Positions 18,764 to 28,308 of a stretch of DNA of 64,000 nt are shown piece by piece. This DNA comes from a virus (Duplodnaviria; Caudoviricetes). The position numbers and the translations under genes are program-made. Position 1 is the first letter of the stretch, and every line of letters begins with the position of its first letter. The notes under the pieces are model-generated. The model was not told where the DNA came from, made no database searches, and saw only the letters and a program-made list of their open reading frames with translations. The stretch lies in IMG/VR virus record IMGVR_UViG_3300029288_000161, positions 6,937-70,936 of that record. One strand, written 5' to 3'.

Positions 18764-19264
18764 TTATTTAAGCCCATATCTTCGCTTTAATTGTTGGTTT
18801 AAATAAAATGTAAATAATTGCTCTTCGCGGATCTTTCGTGACATGAGTTTTTGTACCGGACCAAAATGAGGACGGGCTTTTACATTTCTTTTCTCACTGC
18901 CATATTCCATTACATGTCCTATTGTGACCAGGTCTTCGCCTTCCTTGGAGACAGTTCCACTTTTTAAACCAACAAATACCAAGCTATTGGCATCAATAAC
19001 ATGGCTCGTAATTTTATTAATATAAGAGCCGGTTTTCCGGAGCATTAAATTACTGAATCCCTGCCTCTCTTTTCTCCTGAGATATGTTTCATTCAGGGGG
19101 GGCCATATTGAAGGCTGGCTCTGAATGTACTTAACAACCATGCGCTCGGTTTTCAGGCCCACCTGTCTTAATGCCACTTTATTGGCTTCGACGATCTCAT
19201 TCTTTAAATTCTTGCTCAATCGCCGGGCTTTATCCCAATCACCGAAACGAGTAACTTTAGCCAT
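18764..19264 (-). CDS. Tail completion / virion morphogenesis protein
   Basis: WPPLNETYLRRK...LMLRKTG...HVMEYGS..NVKARPHFGP motif. Confidence 0.8.
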   Translation of the reverse strand: MAKVTRFGDWDKARRLSKNLKNEIVEANKVALRQVGLKTERMVVKYIQSQPSIWPPLNETYLRRKERQGFSNLMLRKTGSYINKITSHVIDANSLVFVGLKSGTVSKEGEDLVTIGHVMEYGSEKRNVKARPHFGPVQKLMSRKIREEQLFTFYLNQQLKRRYGLK

Positions 19265-19712
19265 TTTTTAAAGCCTTCTTAAATTGGATTTTAACCACTA
19301 CCTCTTTATCCTTTAATTGTCCCGCCACCATTGCCCCGGTTATTTCATATTCAATCCCCTTAATAACAACTTTGTCAACTTCAGGTTCCATGAGGAGATT
19401 ATTGGAAGCATCGATTAGATTAGCCGTTTTGATATCATCAAAAGCCATTAAAAGATAACCCCCGGATAAATCCCATTTTCCCTTTTCATCAGTTTGTAAA
19501 GTGCCGTCCGATCCTTTATTTCCCCAAACCTCAAGGGCATTGAAATTATAACTATCAAAATGTTGATCGGTTGTACTTTCACGATTAAACCTTGACAGTG
19601 TACGCCTGCGGAGTTTTTTATAAACGATGGGCAATTGTGCAAATGTTTCAATGACATCATTTACGGCGGCCCTAATATCCGTAAAATCCTGATCCGATAA
19701 TAATTTCGCCAT
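19257..19712 (-). CDS. Head closure (stopper) protein
   Basis: DKVVIKGIEYEIT beta-barrel end motif; neck gene position. Confidence 0.6.
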   Translation of the reverse strand: MAKLLSDQDFTDIRAAVNDVIETFAQLPIVYKKLRRRTLSRFNRESTTDQHFDSYNFNALEVWGNKGSDGTLQTDEKGKWDLSGGYLLMAFDDIKTANLIDASNNLLMEPEVDKVVIKGIEYEITGAMVAGQLKDKEVVVKIQFKKALKNG

Positions 19713-20209
19713 TAGCTTGGATTTTCAAATGTTATAAATGGAGGTTTATCCAGTTTCCTATCCGGACAAAATCCAGGGAGAATGATCCCAAGGGTCCGGG
19801 AAAAAGAACAAATATTTGCTTTCAGCTCCGGGATAAGTTTTTCGGTTTCCATCGCAATGGAAGTCCCATCGCTTGCCTTTCCATATTCGAACTCGGCTTC
19901 AACCACATCTGCTTTCCCTTTTTTAATTCTTTTCGTGCCTTCTCCCGGGGCCGATGTACTGGAACTGCCCCCTGTGGTTGTAATCACCTTTTCAACAATC
20001 ATATTATAAACCACCAGTTCTTTGACAAGCATCCTTTTAAGCCCGGTATAAATTGCATCGTTTTCAACATCGGCATCAGCCACCTGCAGATACTTTTGAA
20101 GAAAATAATACATCTGGAGCTTGTAACTTTCGATCTTCGTTTCCCATCCGGTTGCAGGAATAAACGATAATCTTTCTTTTACCAATTGTTCGACAGTTTG
20201 TAATGCCAT
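19712..20209 (-). CDS. Head-tail adaptor
   Basis: Helical N-terminus, KRIKKGKADVVEAEFEY strand; first neck gene after the capsid operon. Confidence 0.6.
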   Translation of the reverse strand: MALQTVEQLVKERLSFIPATGWETKIESYKLQMYYFLQKYLQVADADVENDAIYTGLKRMLVKELVVYNMIVEKVITTTGGSSSTSAPGEGTKRIKKGKADVVEAEFEYGKASDGTSIAMETEKLIPELKANICSFSRTLGIILPGFCPDRKLDKPPFITFENPS

Positions 20210-20224
20210 GATTTTAGATTTTAT

Positions 20225-20257
20225 AAAAAAAGCCTACAAGTGTCCCTGCAGGCTTTT
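20225..20257 (-). terminator. Intrinsic terminator after the capsid operon
   Basis: AAAAGCCTGCA / TGTAGGCTTTT stem with a T7 tail. Confidence 0.75.
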
Positions 20258-20276
20258 AATTATTGGTTAAATAAAA

Positions 20277-20849
20277 TTATTCCAGTTTTTTTTCAAGAGA
20301 TGCCCTTATTTTATTTGAGCGTATCAGGTACTTGATTAATGTATCTTCATTCTCAGCCACAATCTTGCCATCGATTGAATAACCGTTTGAATTCATAACA
20401 ATTAATTTTTCCTGAATTGCTTTTTCAATAAGAGAGCGGATTTCCCCTTTCTTTTCTTCATGGGCTTTCAACTCTTCCAAACCTTCTTTAATTTCATCAT
20501 GCAGAGTCGTTGTATCTTCGTCCGGATATTTAACTTTGAATTCCTTTAGGAAAACATCTGCCTGTTGAAATTCTTCTTTCTTTATAAGTCCGGCAATTGC
20601 ATCATAGGCACTATCCATTTCAGCTTTTGCCTGTTCAGCCTCGAATGCTTTCTGCCTATCCTCATCCGACTGGAAGTATTTTCTCGCAAAATCAGAACTG
20701 ACAATCTCTGCCACTCCGTTTTTCAGGAGCTTAGAGACAAAATGGGTTTTTTCCACCAATTTTGGAATTTCACCAACAAGACTAATACCTTGCTCGGCAA
20801 GCCAGAAGGTAGAAGTCTTATCTTTAAGTCTTAGATAAATTTTATCCAT
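20277..20849 (-). CDS. Hypothetical head-associated protein (190 aa)
   Basis: Starts 2 nt after the capsid gene; charged and helical. Confidence 0.65.
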   Translation of the reverse strand: MDKIYLRLKDKTSTFWLAEQGISLVGEIPKLVEKTHFVSKLLKNGVAEIVSSDFARKYFQSDEDRQKAFEAEQAKAEMDSAYDAIAGLIKKEEFQQADVFLKEFKVKYPDEDTTTLHDEIKEGLEELKAHEEKKGEIRSLIEKAIQEKLIVMNSNGYSIDGKIVAENEDTLIKYLIRSNKIRASLEKKLE

Positions 20850-20851
20850 GA

Positions 20852-22165
20852 TTATTCTTGTAAGGCTTTAAATGCAGTACTAATTCTGGAATCAATATCC
20901 ATATAAGTTGGGAATCCGCCGGTTGCACCTATTGTTGCACTATAAGCAACGGATTTGTCAATAATTACACGTGCATCCCTGCGCAGGATAGCAAATCCAA
21001 TATGATCAGATACAAAAAGTTCATCTTCCTGATTCTGTGGATTTCTGCGACTTTCAGTTTTCATGCCACGATATTTCAGTTTTACCATTGCCTTTGCAGG
21101 GTCAAGTAACATAATTTGATTAGATGGCATAACCCATATATCATTGGCAAGGCTCAATACTTTACCAAGAATACCGTTAAGATTACCGAGTTTTGTGTCA
21201 CCTGCAAAACCTTTGAATTCTTCAAGTAAGGAAACATCCAAACCATCATTTTCACCGGTTATCAGTCGATTAACAACTCTTTTTAATCTTTCCATTCTGG
21301 CAACCACTCTCTTCAAATCTTTGTATTTGAAACCATCACTGGTTGAATTGACACCAATGACAGGTGCGCTTTCTGAAGCATCTGCCTGTTCCCCGTTTAT
21401 CAGGATATTGATTGCTTCTACATCTGCTCCGATGGACATATCAGTTCCAACTTCACCAAGGAAATTGAAAAGCATGTTCAAACTCGACTGTTCAACCAAT
21501 TCGTCGGTAATTTTGAATCCAATACCAATTTTATAAACGGTTGCTTCTTTCTGACCGAAACGTACAGTTCCAAATGGTATGCTTTCACCTTCGCCGATTT
21601 TCCTTGGAGTTGCTGCACCTCTTTTAATTATAGGCATGGTAACCTTCATTAAAGAGATGTTTTGCTCGGTTGCTATCCAGTTACGATACATAGAAGCATG
21701 CTCATAATCGGTGCGGATAGCTGCCAAAATAAGTTCAGGGATGATAAATCGGTGTGCCGGGTTGATATCACCAGTGGTGTTCAAACCATCAAACTGTGAA
21801 TGCTTAACCAGTTGATCTTCCAGATTGTATGCGGTTAAGTTATCATTTCCGAATCTTTTGGCCGCTGAAGCCAATGTATCAGTGCCTAAATGGATATCCA
21901 TTTGTTTCAGGAAGGTATTTGAATCAACCCCGTAGAATACCTTGGTTGCTTCTTCGAGAGACACATCATAAGGGGCAATTTTGCGCCCGAAAGAATCCTC
22001 CAATCTCCCCATACGTGTTTCGATGATTTGCTTACAGAAATCACCCATCGAGCGTTCATAAATATCCCGGACATCCTTTTTATCCAATGTGCCGGTGGTT
22101 TTGCCCATAACATTCTGGTTATGAACCCTCAATTTTTGAAATTCTTCAACAGTTACTTTTTTCAT
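20852..22165 (-). CDS. Major capsid protein (HK97 fold)
   Basis: 437 aa; FIIPELIL, IGEGESIPFGTV, VYKIGIGFKITDELVEQSSLNMLFNFL pattern; follows protease and decoration genes. Confidence 0.85.
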   Translation of the reverse strand: MKKVTVEEFQKLRVHNQNVMGKTTGTLDKKDVRDIYERSMGDFCKQIIETRMGRLEDSFGRKIAPYDVSLEEATKVFYGVDSNTFLKQMDIHLGTDTLASAAKRFGNDNLTAYNLEDQLVKHSQFDGLNTTGDINPAHRFIIPELILAAIRTDYEHASMYRNWIATEQNISLMKVTMPIIKRGAATPRKIGEGESIPFGTVRFGQKEATVYKIGIGFKITDELVEQSSLNMLFNFLGEVGTDMSIGADVEAINILINGEQADASESAPVIGVNSTSDGFKYKDLKRVVARMERLKRVVNRLITGENDGLDVSLLEEFKGFAGDTKLGNLNGILGKVLSLANDIWVMPSNQIMLLDPAKAMVKLKYRGMKTESRRNPQNQEDELFVSDHIGFAILRRDARVIIDKSVAYSATIGATGGFPTYMDIDSRISTAFKALQE

Positions 22166-22199
22166 TTTAATTCGATATTAAAAGTTACTAATTAGGGAG

Positions 22200-23342
22200 T
22201 TACGGAGTTGTTAATATTCCGGATGTTACAAGTTTTGCTGCAATATCCTGAACATAAGCCCTGAGATTTTCATAAGCCACCCTCAGTGCATTAATGTTAG
22301 TCAAATCAGAACTATTCACCTTGTACCATATTTCATAATCGTTGGTTCCATTGGGTGCATCCGATGAGGTATATGAACCGTTTACTGCGTCAACAGTAAC
22401 GGCTGTAGCTTGCTCTGTTCCGTTGGAAACAAGTTTTACAACTGTTAATCCACCTTTTTTGCCATTGGGAAGTCCAATTTTCACACCATATCCCATATCA
22501 ACAGTATCGCCTGCACCATTACCGGCAAAACCTGCGCCACTTACTGCTGTTATTTTTGCAAACACAACATCACCGGTTTGAACCAGTCCGTCGGTAACAT
22601 CAAAAACTTCATTTACAACTGCGCCTGCCTGATCCAAACCAGCAACGGTAATCGTTCCTGCACTGATTGATGTATCGGCGTCTGTAACAGTTAATACAAC
22701 ATTCCGGGGAACATTAGGCTGTGCGATTGAGGCTCCATCCCAAGTTGCTCCACTGGCTGCGATATCTTCCTGTGCAATTCCACCTGTAGTGGTAGCTGCA
22801 GCAATATTTTGAAGATATGCATACATTTCTTCGGTTCCAACATAAGCCACATTCTCAATGTCTGCAGCGTATGCAGCAAGTTCCTCAGAAGTATAGGCAT
22901 GATCATTACCTGCAACAATACCGTCAAGAATACCGACAATAATAGCTCCATTTAAAAGGGCTCCCTTTATCACCATTCCAACTGTATAATCGCTCGATGT
23001 TGAAGCGACAAATTCGGGTATAAATGTGGTTGCATCTTTCAGTCCATTGGGTTTAACCAATACACCGGCATTTAATGCACCTCCGATTGCTTTACCTTTA
23101 ACGACGGCCGTGAAATAAGTTCTTACAGTTACCCGTTCACCATCGGCGCCGCCTTTTATAACAATGCCCAATGGTATATCTGAACCGGCATCTCTTTTGT
23201 CAATAGTGCCATCAGTTTTCAAAGTAACTTCCTGGCCCGGTGTTAATACTCCTCCTGAATCGTTTACAAAACCTAATTGAAGAGCGTCGCTCCTCATATC
23301 AGTTATAACGAGAGGGGCAGATTCTTGAATTGTTCCAGTCAT
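22200..23342 (-). CDS. Capsid decoration protein with head-fibre-like extension
   Basis: N-terminal cement-like domain (GQEVTL...PLGIVIKGGADGERVTVRT), beta-rich insert, and C-terminal INALRVAYENL...KLVTSGIL helix. Confidence 0.65.
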   Translation of the reverse strand: MTGTIQESAPLVITDMRSDALQLGFVNDSGGVLTPGQEVTLKTDGTIDKRDAGSDIPLGIVIKGGADGERVTVRTYFTAVVKGKAIGGALNAGVLVKPNGLKDATTFIPEFVASTSSDYTVGMVIKGALLNGAIIVGILDGIVAGNDHAYTSEELAAYAADIENVAYVGTEEMYAYLQNIAAATTTGGIAQEDIAASGATWDGASIAQPNVPRNVVLTVTDADTSISAGTITVAGLDQAGAVVNEVFDVTDGLVQTGDVVFAKITAVSGAGFAGNGAGDTVDMGYGVKIGLPNGKKGGLTVVKLVSNGTEQATAVTVDAVNGSYTSSDAPNGTNDYEIWYKVNSSDLTNINALRVAYENLRAYVQDIAAKLVTSGILTTP

Positions 23343-23376
23343 TTTATTAATTTTTAAATGTTAAAAATCGAATTAA

Positions 23377-24894
23377 TTATCTTCTAAAAGTTTCCGACAT
23401 ATTCGGGAACTGGAATGAGTCTCCGATAGGATCAGGATCAGTCTGTTGGCTTGATCTGAAACCTATATTATGTGAACCACATTCTTTACATTTACCCTCG
23501 AAGGTATCGAAAGCCTTGCCTCCATACTGAAGGATCATTCCATTGATGGTTTTGAAATCCATTTCGGTTTCAGCCCTTTCAATCAAAGAAACAATGGATT
23601 TATCAGGTTCCTCTCCCTTTTTACTCAATTTCAAAAGCCTCAAGGCTTCATCTTTAGCTGCTGTTAAACGTTCCTTTGCAAAAGTTACCAAGGGCAGATT
23701 TTTTGTCTGTTCGGTTTCCAAAGTCGTTTTTTCAGCCTTTAGGGTTTGAACTTCGCCCTCTGCAGTTTCTTTGGCTGTTTTGAGAGCGTTAAATTTCTCG
23801 ACATCACCGACTGTCTTTTGTAAATTCAAAAGAGAATTATGATCCGATGCCGGAACCAAAGTGTATTTTTCAAGCATTTCTCTGGTAACCTCTTCGGGTT
23901 TTACATTCAGTTTCTCTGCGAGGAAGCTAATTAATTCGTCCATTTTTACAGTTTTTGAAGTTTCAATTCTTTTCGGCACGTTGGAGAAATTTTCCGTTTT
24001 TGTTATTTTTCCAATTACCTCTCGTTGTAAATCTATCTTTTTTATTATTGAAAAACAAGAATCCGAAACAAAGTACCGGTTCTGTTCCTTGTACATTGGC
24101 GCAAGAGGGTCCTCTGAAAATTTCTGCATGCCAATGATTGCAGACTTTTCAATATTGATGGGTTCCCCTTTTTCGTTCAGTATTTTTGCAAAGGGATCAG
24201 CCCCTGCCCAAACGAGTGAAGTCTCGTAATATTCCAGAATATCAGTTGCAACCCGTCGTACCATTTCCCCGTCAACCATCTGCCCGATCCTGGATTCGAA
24301 TAACCACAAATCTTCATTCCCCTCCCGATCTTCAAAAACATGGCTCGGTTCCCATTCGTAGGTAACAGTTACCGATACTGATTGAATATGCGGTACCGGA
24401 AATGCTGCAAGTTTTCTGCAAATATCCGGATGCAATTTCCCATCCACCCATATAGGGGCATCAATTCCGGGGGGAACTTTAATTCCATCTGCAGTTTTAA
24501 AACCGTTTGTCCATTTCGTTTGTCCGATCCCTGCTATAATGTTGGAAACCTGCAAATCATGATTAACAAATACCGGTTTTAAGGCTAACATTGGAACGGA
24601 CTTCTTTAAAACCTTTTCAGGGAACTCGGTAGCTTTCCAAGAATAAGCCCCCACAATGGTTGCCGAAATATGCCGGAACCAGAATGGAAGAAAATCTTCC
24701 TGCTTGGGTATGGCATCTTCCAGGTTTGGATTGACTAATGCCTGTTTGTAAGATTCGTCTCCGAACATACCAAACTGCGAGCGCATCGTTTTGAGTTCAT
24801 CTTTATTATTAGCATTAGGGGTGTAGAAAAACGTCCCGTTGCCAATGATGGTGATGCTCGATGTTCGCTTTTGTTTTGTTGTTTCCTTTGGCAT
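23377..24894 (-). CDS. Prohead protease / scaffold
   Basis: KPVFVNHD...SVSVTV...YETSLVWAGADPFAK protease-like domain plus a C-terminal coiled-coil scaffold. Confidence 0.8.
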   Translation of the reverse strand: MPKETTKQKRTSSITIIGNGTFFYTPNANNKDELKTMRSQFGMFGDESYKQALVNPNLEDAIPKQEDFLPFWFRHISATIVGAYSWKATEFPEKVLKKSVPMLALKPVFVNHDLQVSNIIAGIGQTKWTNGFKTADGIKVPPGIDAPIWVDGKLHPDICRKLAAFPVPHIQSVSVTVTYEWEPSHVFEDREGNEDLWLFESRIGQMVDGEMVRRVATDILEYYETSLVWAGADPFAKILNEKGEPINIEKSAIIGMQKFSEDPLAPMYKEQNRYFVSDSCFSIIKKIDLQREVIGKITKTENFSNVPKRIETSKTVKMDELISFLAEKLNVKPEEVTREMLEKYTLVPASDHNSLLNLQKTVGDVEKFNALKTAKETAEGEVQTLKAEKTTLETEQTKNLPLVTFAKERLTAAKDEALRLLKLSKKGEEPDKSIVSLIERAETEMDFKTINGMILQYGGKAFDTFEGKCKECGSHNIGFRSSQQTDPDPIGDSFQFPNMSETFRR

Positions 24895-24943
24895 TTTCCT
24901 AAAAAATTATAATTAAAATTTCTATGAGAAATAAATATACAAA

Positions 24944-27553
24944 TTAAATTACTGCCACTACCCTACCTCGGCATGATGGGTGATAGCTTGGTGTCGTTAT
25001 ATTTTTCCCCTCAATTGCTGCAGCGTCCATACCTTGGAATTCTTCAATGGGGATGGAAGTCGCAAAAGGTGAAATTCGGGAGACATTTTCCGGCCCTACA
25101 TCAACTTTATTCTGAATTTTTGAAACTGCATTATTAATTGTGAATTCCATACCGTCCATGTGCGAACACCAGTCGCATGTTAATTGGTCCTGAATTTCAA
25201 TGATCTCATACTTTTCAATTTTAGCCTGGTTCATATACATTACATTCCCATCATTCCGGGCATTATTGACACTGGTATCGATCACTCGTCTAATTTTCCA
25301 GGATTCTAAATTAAGGTGCTTTTCAAATTCATTCTGGAACTTATTTAAAACTTTTGTTTCTCCTCCAAGGGGAAGTTCACCTTTGATATATTGTTCCTCA
25401 AGATAATTCCTGATTTTTTTCTTTGTGCCTTCATCTGTTATGAATTTCCCAAGATAAAGAGCATCACTTTCTGAAAGATAATCGATAGTCCTGAAATCAA
25501 GAAGATCGAATACAGGTTCCGGTATGGGATCACCATTTACAAATTGTTCCCGGTTGAAAATACTTTTTTGAGTAACAGGTTTATGGCAATTTGGGCATTC
25601 AACATATCCCATTCCGCTTTCAGCAATTGAATTATATTCAAATTCGAACTGGCATTCCGGACATCTGGAATCCTTGGAGCCTGAAAGTTTGGCTTTTTTA
25701 CCGAAAACAGATTTATCATTCCTGAAATGTGAATAAATTTTATCCACATTGTTTTCTGATATTGTTACCTGTTTTTGAATAAATTGCTCATCCCAATTCC
25801 GGACAATGGCAAGATAAACATCATCTTGGATGCGATCCAGAGGTGTACTTTCATCATATTTTTTGAAAAGGTTTGAAACTATCTTACTAACCTTAACTAA
25901 TGCCTTCCGATAATTAGCCACCGTTTCATTAAAATATTTATTAACAAGCCCGTTCATTTTCCTATCACCGAAGTCGGAAGGGGAAACAAAATCTGTTGTT
26001 TTTGTCCCGTGACAATTAGCCGTATAATAACTATATTCCGGCACATCTTTTTTCAATTGCTTTTCAAATATTCCGATTTGTTTTTTTACCTCGCTATCAC
26101 TTTCCGGTTCATTTTCGGGTGATTTTGGATCGTTTCCTTTACTTTTTGGATCGTTTCCTGATGAATTTGGATCACCAGGCGTCGGGAACATACTTTGCCA
26201 ATCTTCCTCTGCCGGTTCATCATATCCCAATTCATTAGCCGCATCCTGCTGATTAATGATCCCCATATTGCGCTTTTCTTTGACATTGGTGATCTTTTTA
26301 TTTTCAGCCTCTTCCTCTTTGGATTTATCGATTACCATAGGAGCTTCACTGATAACATCAGTAATTAACATCGGATCATATCCCCGCATCAAAATGAACA
26401 TACGGTATATTTCTTTGAAGATTGAATCGGACATTTTCTGCCAATCTTTAACTTGGTTGAGCATCTTTGCCAATATTACCCTTCCGAAAGTTTCAGTGGT
26501 TGAATAATTGCGTCCGAGCATGTTGGGGTCCTGTTTTAACCCGGCAAATATTATAAGATCAACCAGTTTCATCAACCCATCAGCCCCGGCGACATTCATC
26601 TTGTTACCCTGAAGCTCGAATTCATGACTATCTTTAAAACCGGCAACCACTCCGTTCGATAAATTCTTATTCAATTGTGGATAAACAACATCTTCCAGGT
26701 AAGATACGCACCTGGCCCAGTAAGCCTGCTCATCTTCCCCGGATTGCTGTTCGGGAGGTTCTACTTTAGCAGAAAGGAATCCAAGCATCCCCAATTTCTT
26801 CATTATTTGGGAGAAATTCTTGAGCATATCCTTTTGAATAAAGAGCCCTTCTATTGCTGAAAGGAATGGAGGAGTCGGATAAGGCCCTTCAAATAAGCGT
26901 CGCCATGCCACGTATTTATATGTGACTGTATTTAATTTAACAAGCCCGTTAAAGTTTGATTCAACTAAATGAGGAATATTAACAACCTGGTAAGGCGAGT
27001 ATTTATCAATTTCCCTGTCATAGACAAACCGGATATATTTTGGGGGGATGCGTACAATCTGATATAAATTTTTATTGAGTATATCCGGAATAATCTCGAT
27101 GCTTATTGCTCCATTGATAACTCCCTGCGCAATGATATCAGATTTAAAGGAACGCATGCCCTCTGAAAAGTTATACCAACTATCCTCAACTTCCCAAATC
27201 TGCTTTAATATTTCTTTTTTTAATTGGTCCGTTATATCTTCAGAGAAAACGATTTCATGATCCGTATTCGCTAACTGGACAATGTTATCAAGGGCATAAC
27301 CGACATCATGATGATATGCGGCCAAGTTCTCAAGGGTATTGTACCATTCAATCGCAAAGTCGGGCAAAACTTCAGTCAGTTTCATGCTAGGCCCGAATGT
27401 ATTAAATTGAGGTACGGAACTACGCCCTGTCGTGGGTGGAACCGGCCTTTTCTTTGGCTTATCTTCAGCGAGCTTTGTTTCTTCTTTCACTTCCTCGCTC
27501 TTCCCCCGGCCGAAAAGGGGAAAGTATTTTCCGAAATTGTTTTTTAAAGCCAT
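24944..27553 (-). CDS. Portal protein fused to a MuF / SPP1 gp7-like head morphogenesis domain
   Basis: One 869-aa ORF: portal-like N-terminal half, Pro/Asp linker, CPEC...CPNC insert, then RRVIDTSVNNARN...TCDWCSHMDG...PSYHPSCRGRV (MuF HPxCR motif). Confidence 0.85.
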   Translation of the reverse strand: MALKNNFGKYFPLFGRGKSEEVKEETKLAEDKPKKRPVPPTTGRSSVPQFNTFGPSMKLTEVLPDFAIEWYNTLENLAAYHHDVGYALDNIVQLANTDHEIVFSEDITDQLKKEILKQIWEVEDSWYNFSEGMRSFKSDIIAQGVINGAISIEIIPDILNKNLYQIVRIPPKYIRFVYDREIDKYSPYQVVNIPHLVESNFNGLVKLNTVTYKYVAWRRLFEGPYPTPPFLSAIEGLFIQKDMLKNFSQIMKKLGMLGFLSAKVEPPEQQSGEDEQAYWARCVSYLEDVVYPQLNKNLSNGVVAGFKDSHEFELQGNKMNVAGADGLMKLVDLIIFAGLKQDPNMLGRNYSTTETFGRVILAKMLNQVKDWQKMSDSIFKEIYRMFILMRGYDPMLITDVISEAPMVIDKSKEEEAENKKITNVKEKRNMGIINQQDAANELGYDEPAEEDWQSMFPTPGDPNSSGNDPKSKGNDPKSPENEPESDSEVKKQIGIFEKQLKKDVPEYSYYTANCHGTKTTDFVSPSDFGDRKMNGLVNKYFNETVANYRKALVKVSKIVSNLFKKYDESTPLDRIQDDVYLAIVRNWDEQFIQKQVTISENNVDKIYSHFRNDKSVFGKKAKLSGSKDSRCPECQFEFEYNSIAESGMGYVECPNCHKPVTQKSIFNREQFVNGDPIPEPVFDLLDFRTIDYLSESDALYLGKFITDEGTKKKIRNYLEEQYIKGELPLGGETKVLNKFQNEFEKHLNLESWKIRRVIDTSVNNARNDGNVMYMNQAKIEKYEIIEIQDQLTCDWCSHMDGMEFTINNAVSKIQNKVDVGPENVSRISPFATSIPIEEFQGMDAAAIEGKNITTPSYHPSCRGRVVAVI

Positions 27554-27586
27554 AGTCTTTTTTCCTAAATTTAGGAAATTAGAAGC

Positions 27587-27614
27587 AAAAAAAAACCCCG
27601 GCTCTCACCGGGGG
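27587..27614 (-). terminator. Intrinsic terminator before the head operon
   Basis: CCCCGG / CCGGGG stem followed by T9. Confidence 0.85.
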
Positions 27615-27748
27615 CATTAACACCTTCTTTACCTTTCCGCACCCGAAGGCTGGACAATTGACTTGGATTTCACGCCATTTAACGGAACCAGTCGCTAACC
27701 GGTTATTTTACATCGGCGAGGTTATGAGCCTCGTTACGATGGAAGATG
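27587..27748 (-). ncRNA. Candidate structured operon-end RNA
   Basis: CAUCG/CGAUG enclosing CGAGG/CCUCG; ACCGGU/ACUGGU; a cUUCGg-capped hairpin; then the terminator. No minus-strand ORF in the track. Confidence 0.45.
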
Positions 27749-27922
27749 CTAATTATAGCCATTTATCTTCAACCATTGTGCCTGCTCAAAAGGATCGAGT
27801 TTTGCCAAAATTTGTGCATTGTAATTTGGCAGGAACAATGTACTTAATTTTTTTATTTCAGCCGTATTATTGTTATTTAAAAGGTGTTTAACCTTCCTAA
27901 TATCTGTTTTTAAATTTTCCAT
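27749..27922 (-). CDS. Small hypothetical protein (57 aa, not in the ORF track)
   Basis: MENLKTDIRK...QWLKINGYN; TAATG overlap with the upstream gene. Confidence 0.6.
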   Translation of the reverse strand: MENLKTDIRKVKHLLNNNNTAEIKKLSTLFLPNYNAQILAKLDPFEQAQWLKINGYN

Positions 27923-28308
27923 TATTTTAATTTATCAATTTCACGTCTAACAAGTGTTATCAGCTTATCCATCCGATGTGCATAGTAATCATCGAAATGT
28001 TCGAAACCCTTTCTGTCATGTTGCCAGGAAATATAAAAACAATCCCGCAGCTTTTGGGATCGTGTTCTCTTTTTGCCTGATTCGGTATCGTCCTTTTCCA
28101 TGTTGGAAAGAAACTCCAATTCTTCAGCGGTGAGATCATTTTCCCCTTCCTTTATTCCAATGAAACAAAACTTTTGAAGCACTTTAAAAATACCAAGTTT
28201 CTGTTCGTCGCATAATTCATTTGTGTCTATATAAATACGAACGGTACCATCGGATAGAGTTACGAATTTTGAAATTAAAGCAGGGATGGTAAATACCTCT
28301 TTCATCAA
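27922..28308 (-). CDS. Hypothetical protein (128 aa)
   Basis: Coupled ORF with RTRSQKLRDCFY...W...F..YY motif; function unknown. Confidence 0.7.
   Translation of the reverse strand: MMKEVFTIPALISKFVTLSDGTVRIYIDTNELCDEQKLGIFKVLQKFCFIGIKEGENDLTAEELEFLSNMEKDDTESGKKRTRSQKLRDCFYISWQHDRKGFEHFDDYYAHRMDKLITLVRREIDKLK

Noticed and set aside
24290-24305. GGATTCGAA, a T-loop-like word
   Set aside because: Inside the protease gene with no cloverleaf; no tRNA was recognised in the window.
27640-27705. Pistol-ribozyme resemblance (hairpin with UUAG loop, GUUAAAU, UUCG stem)
   Set aside because: The complement of the loop needed for the pseudoknot (GUCGCUAA) is absent downstream.
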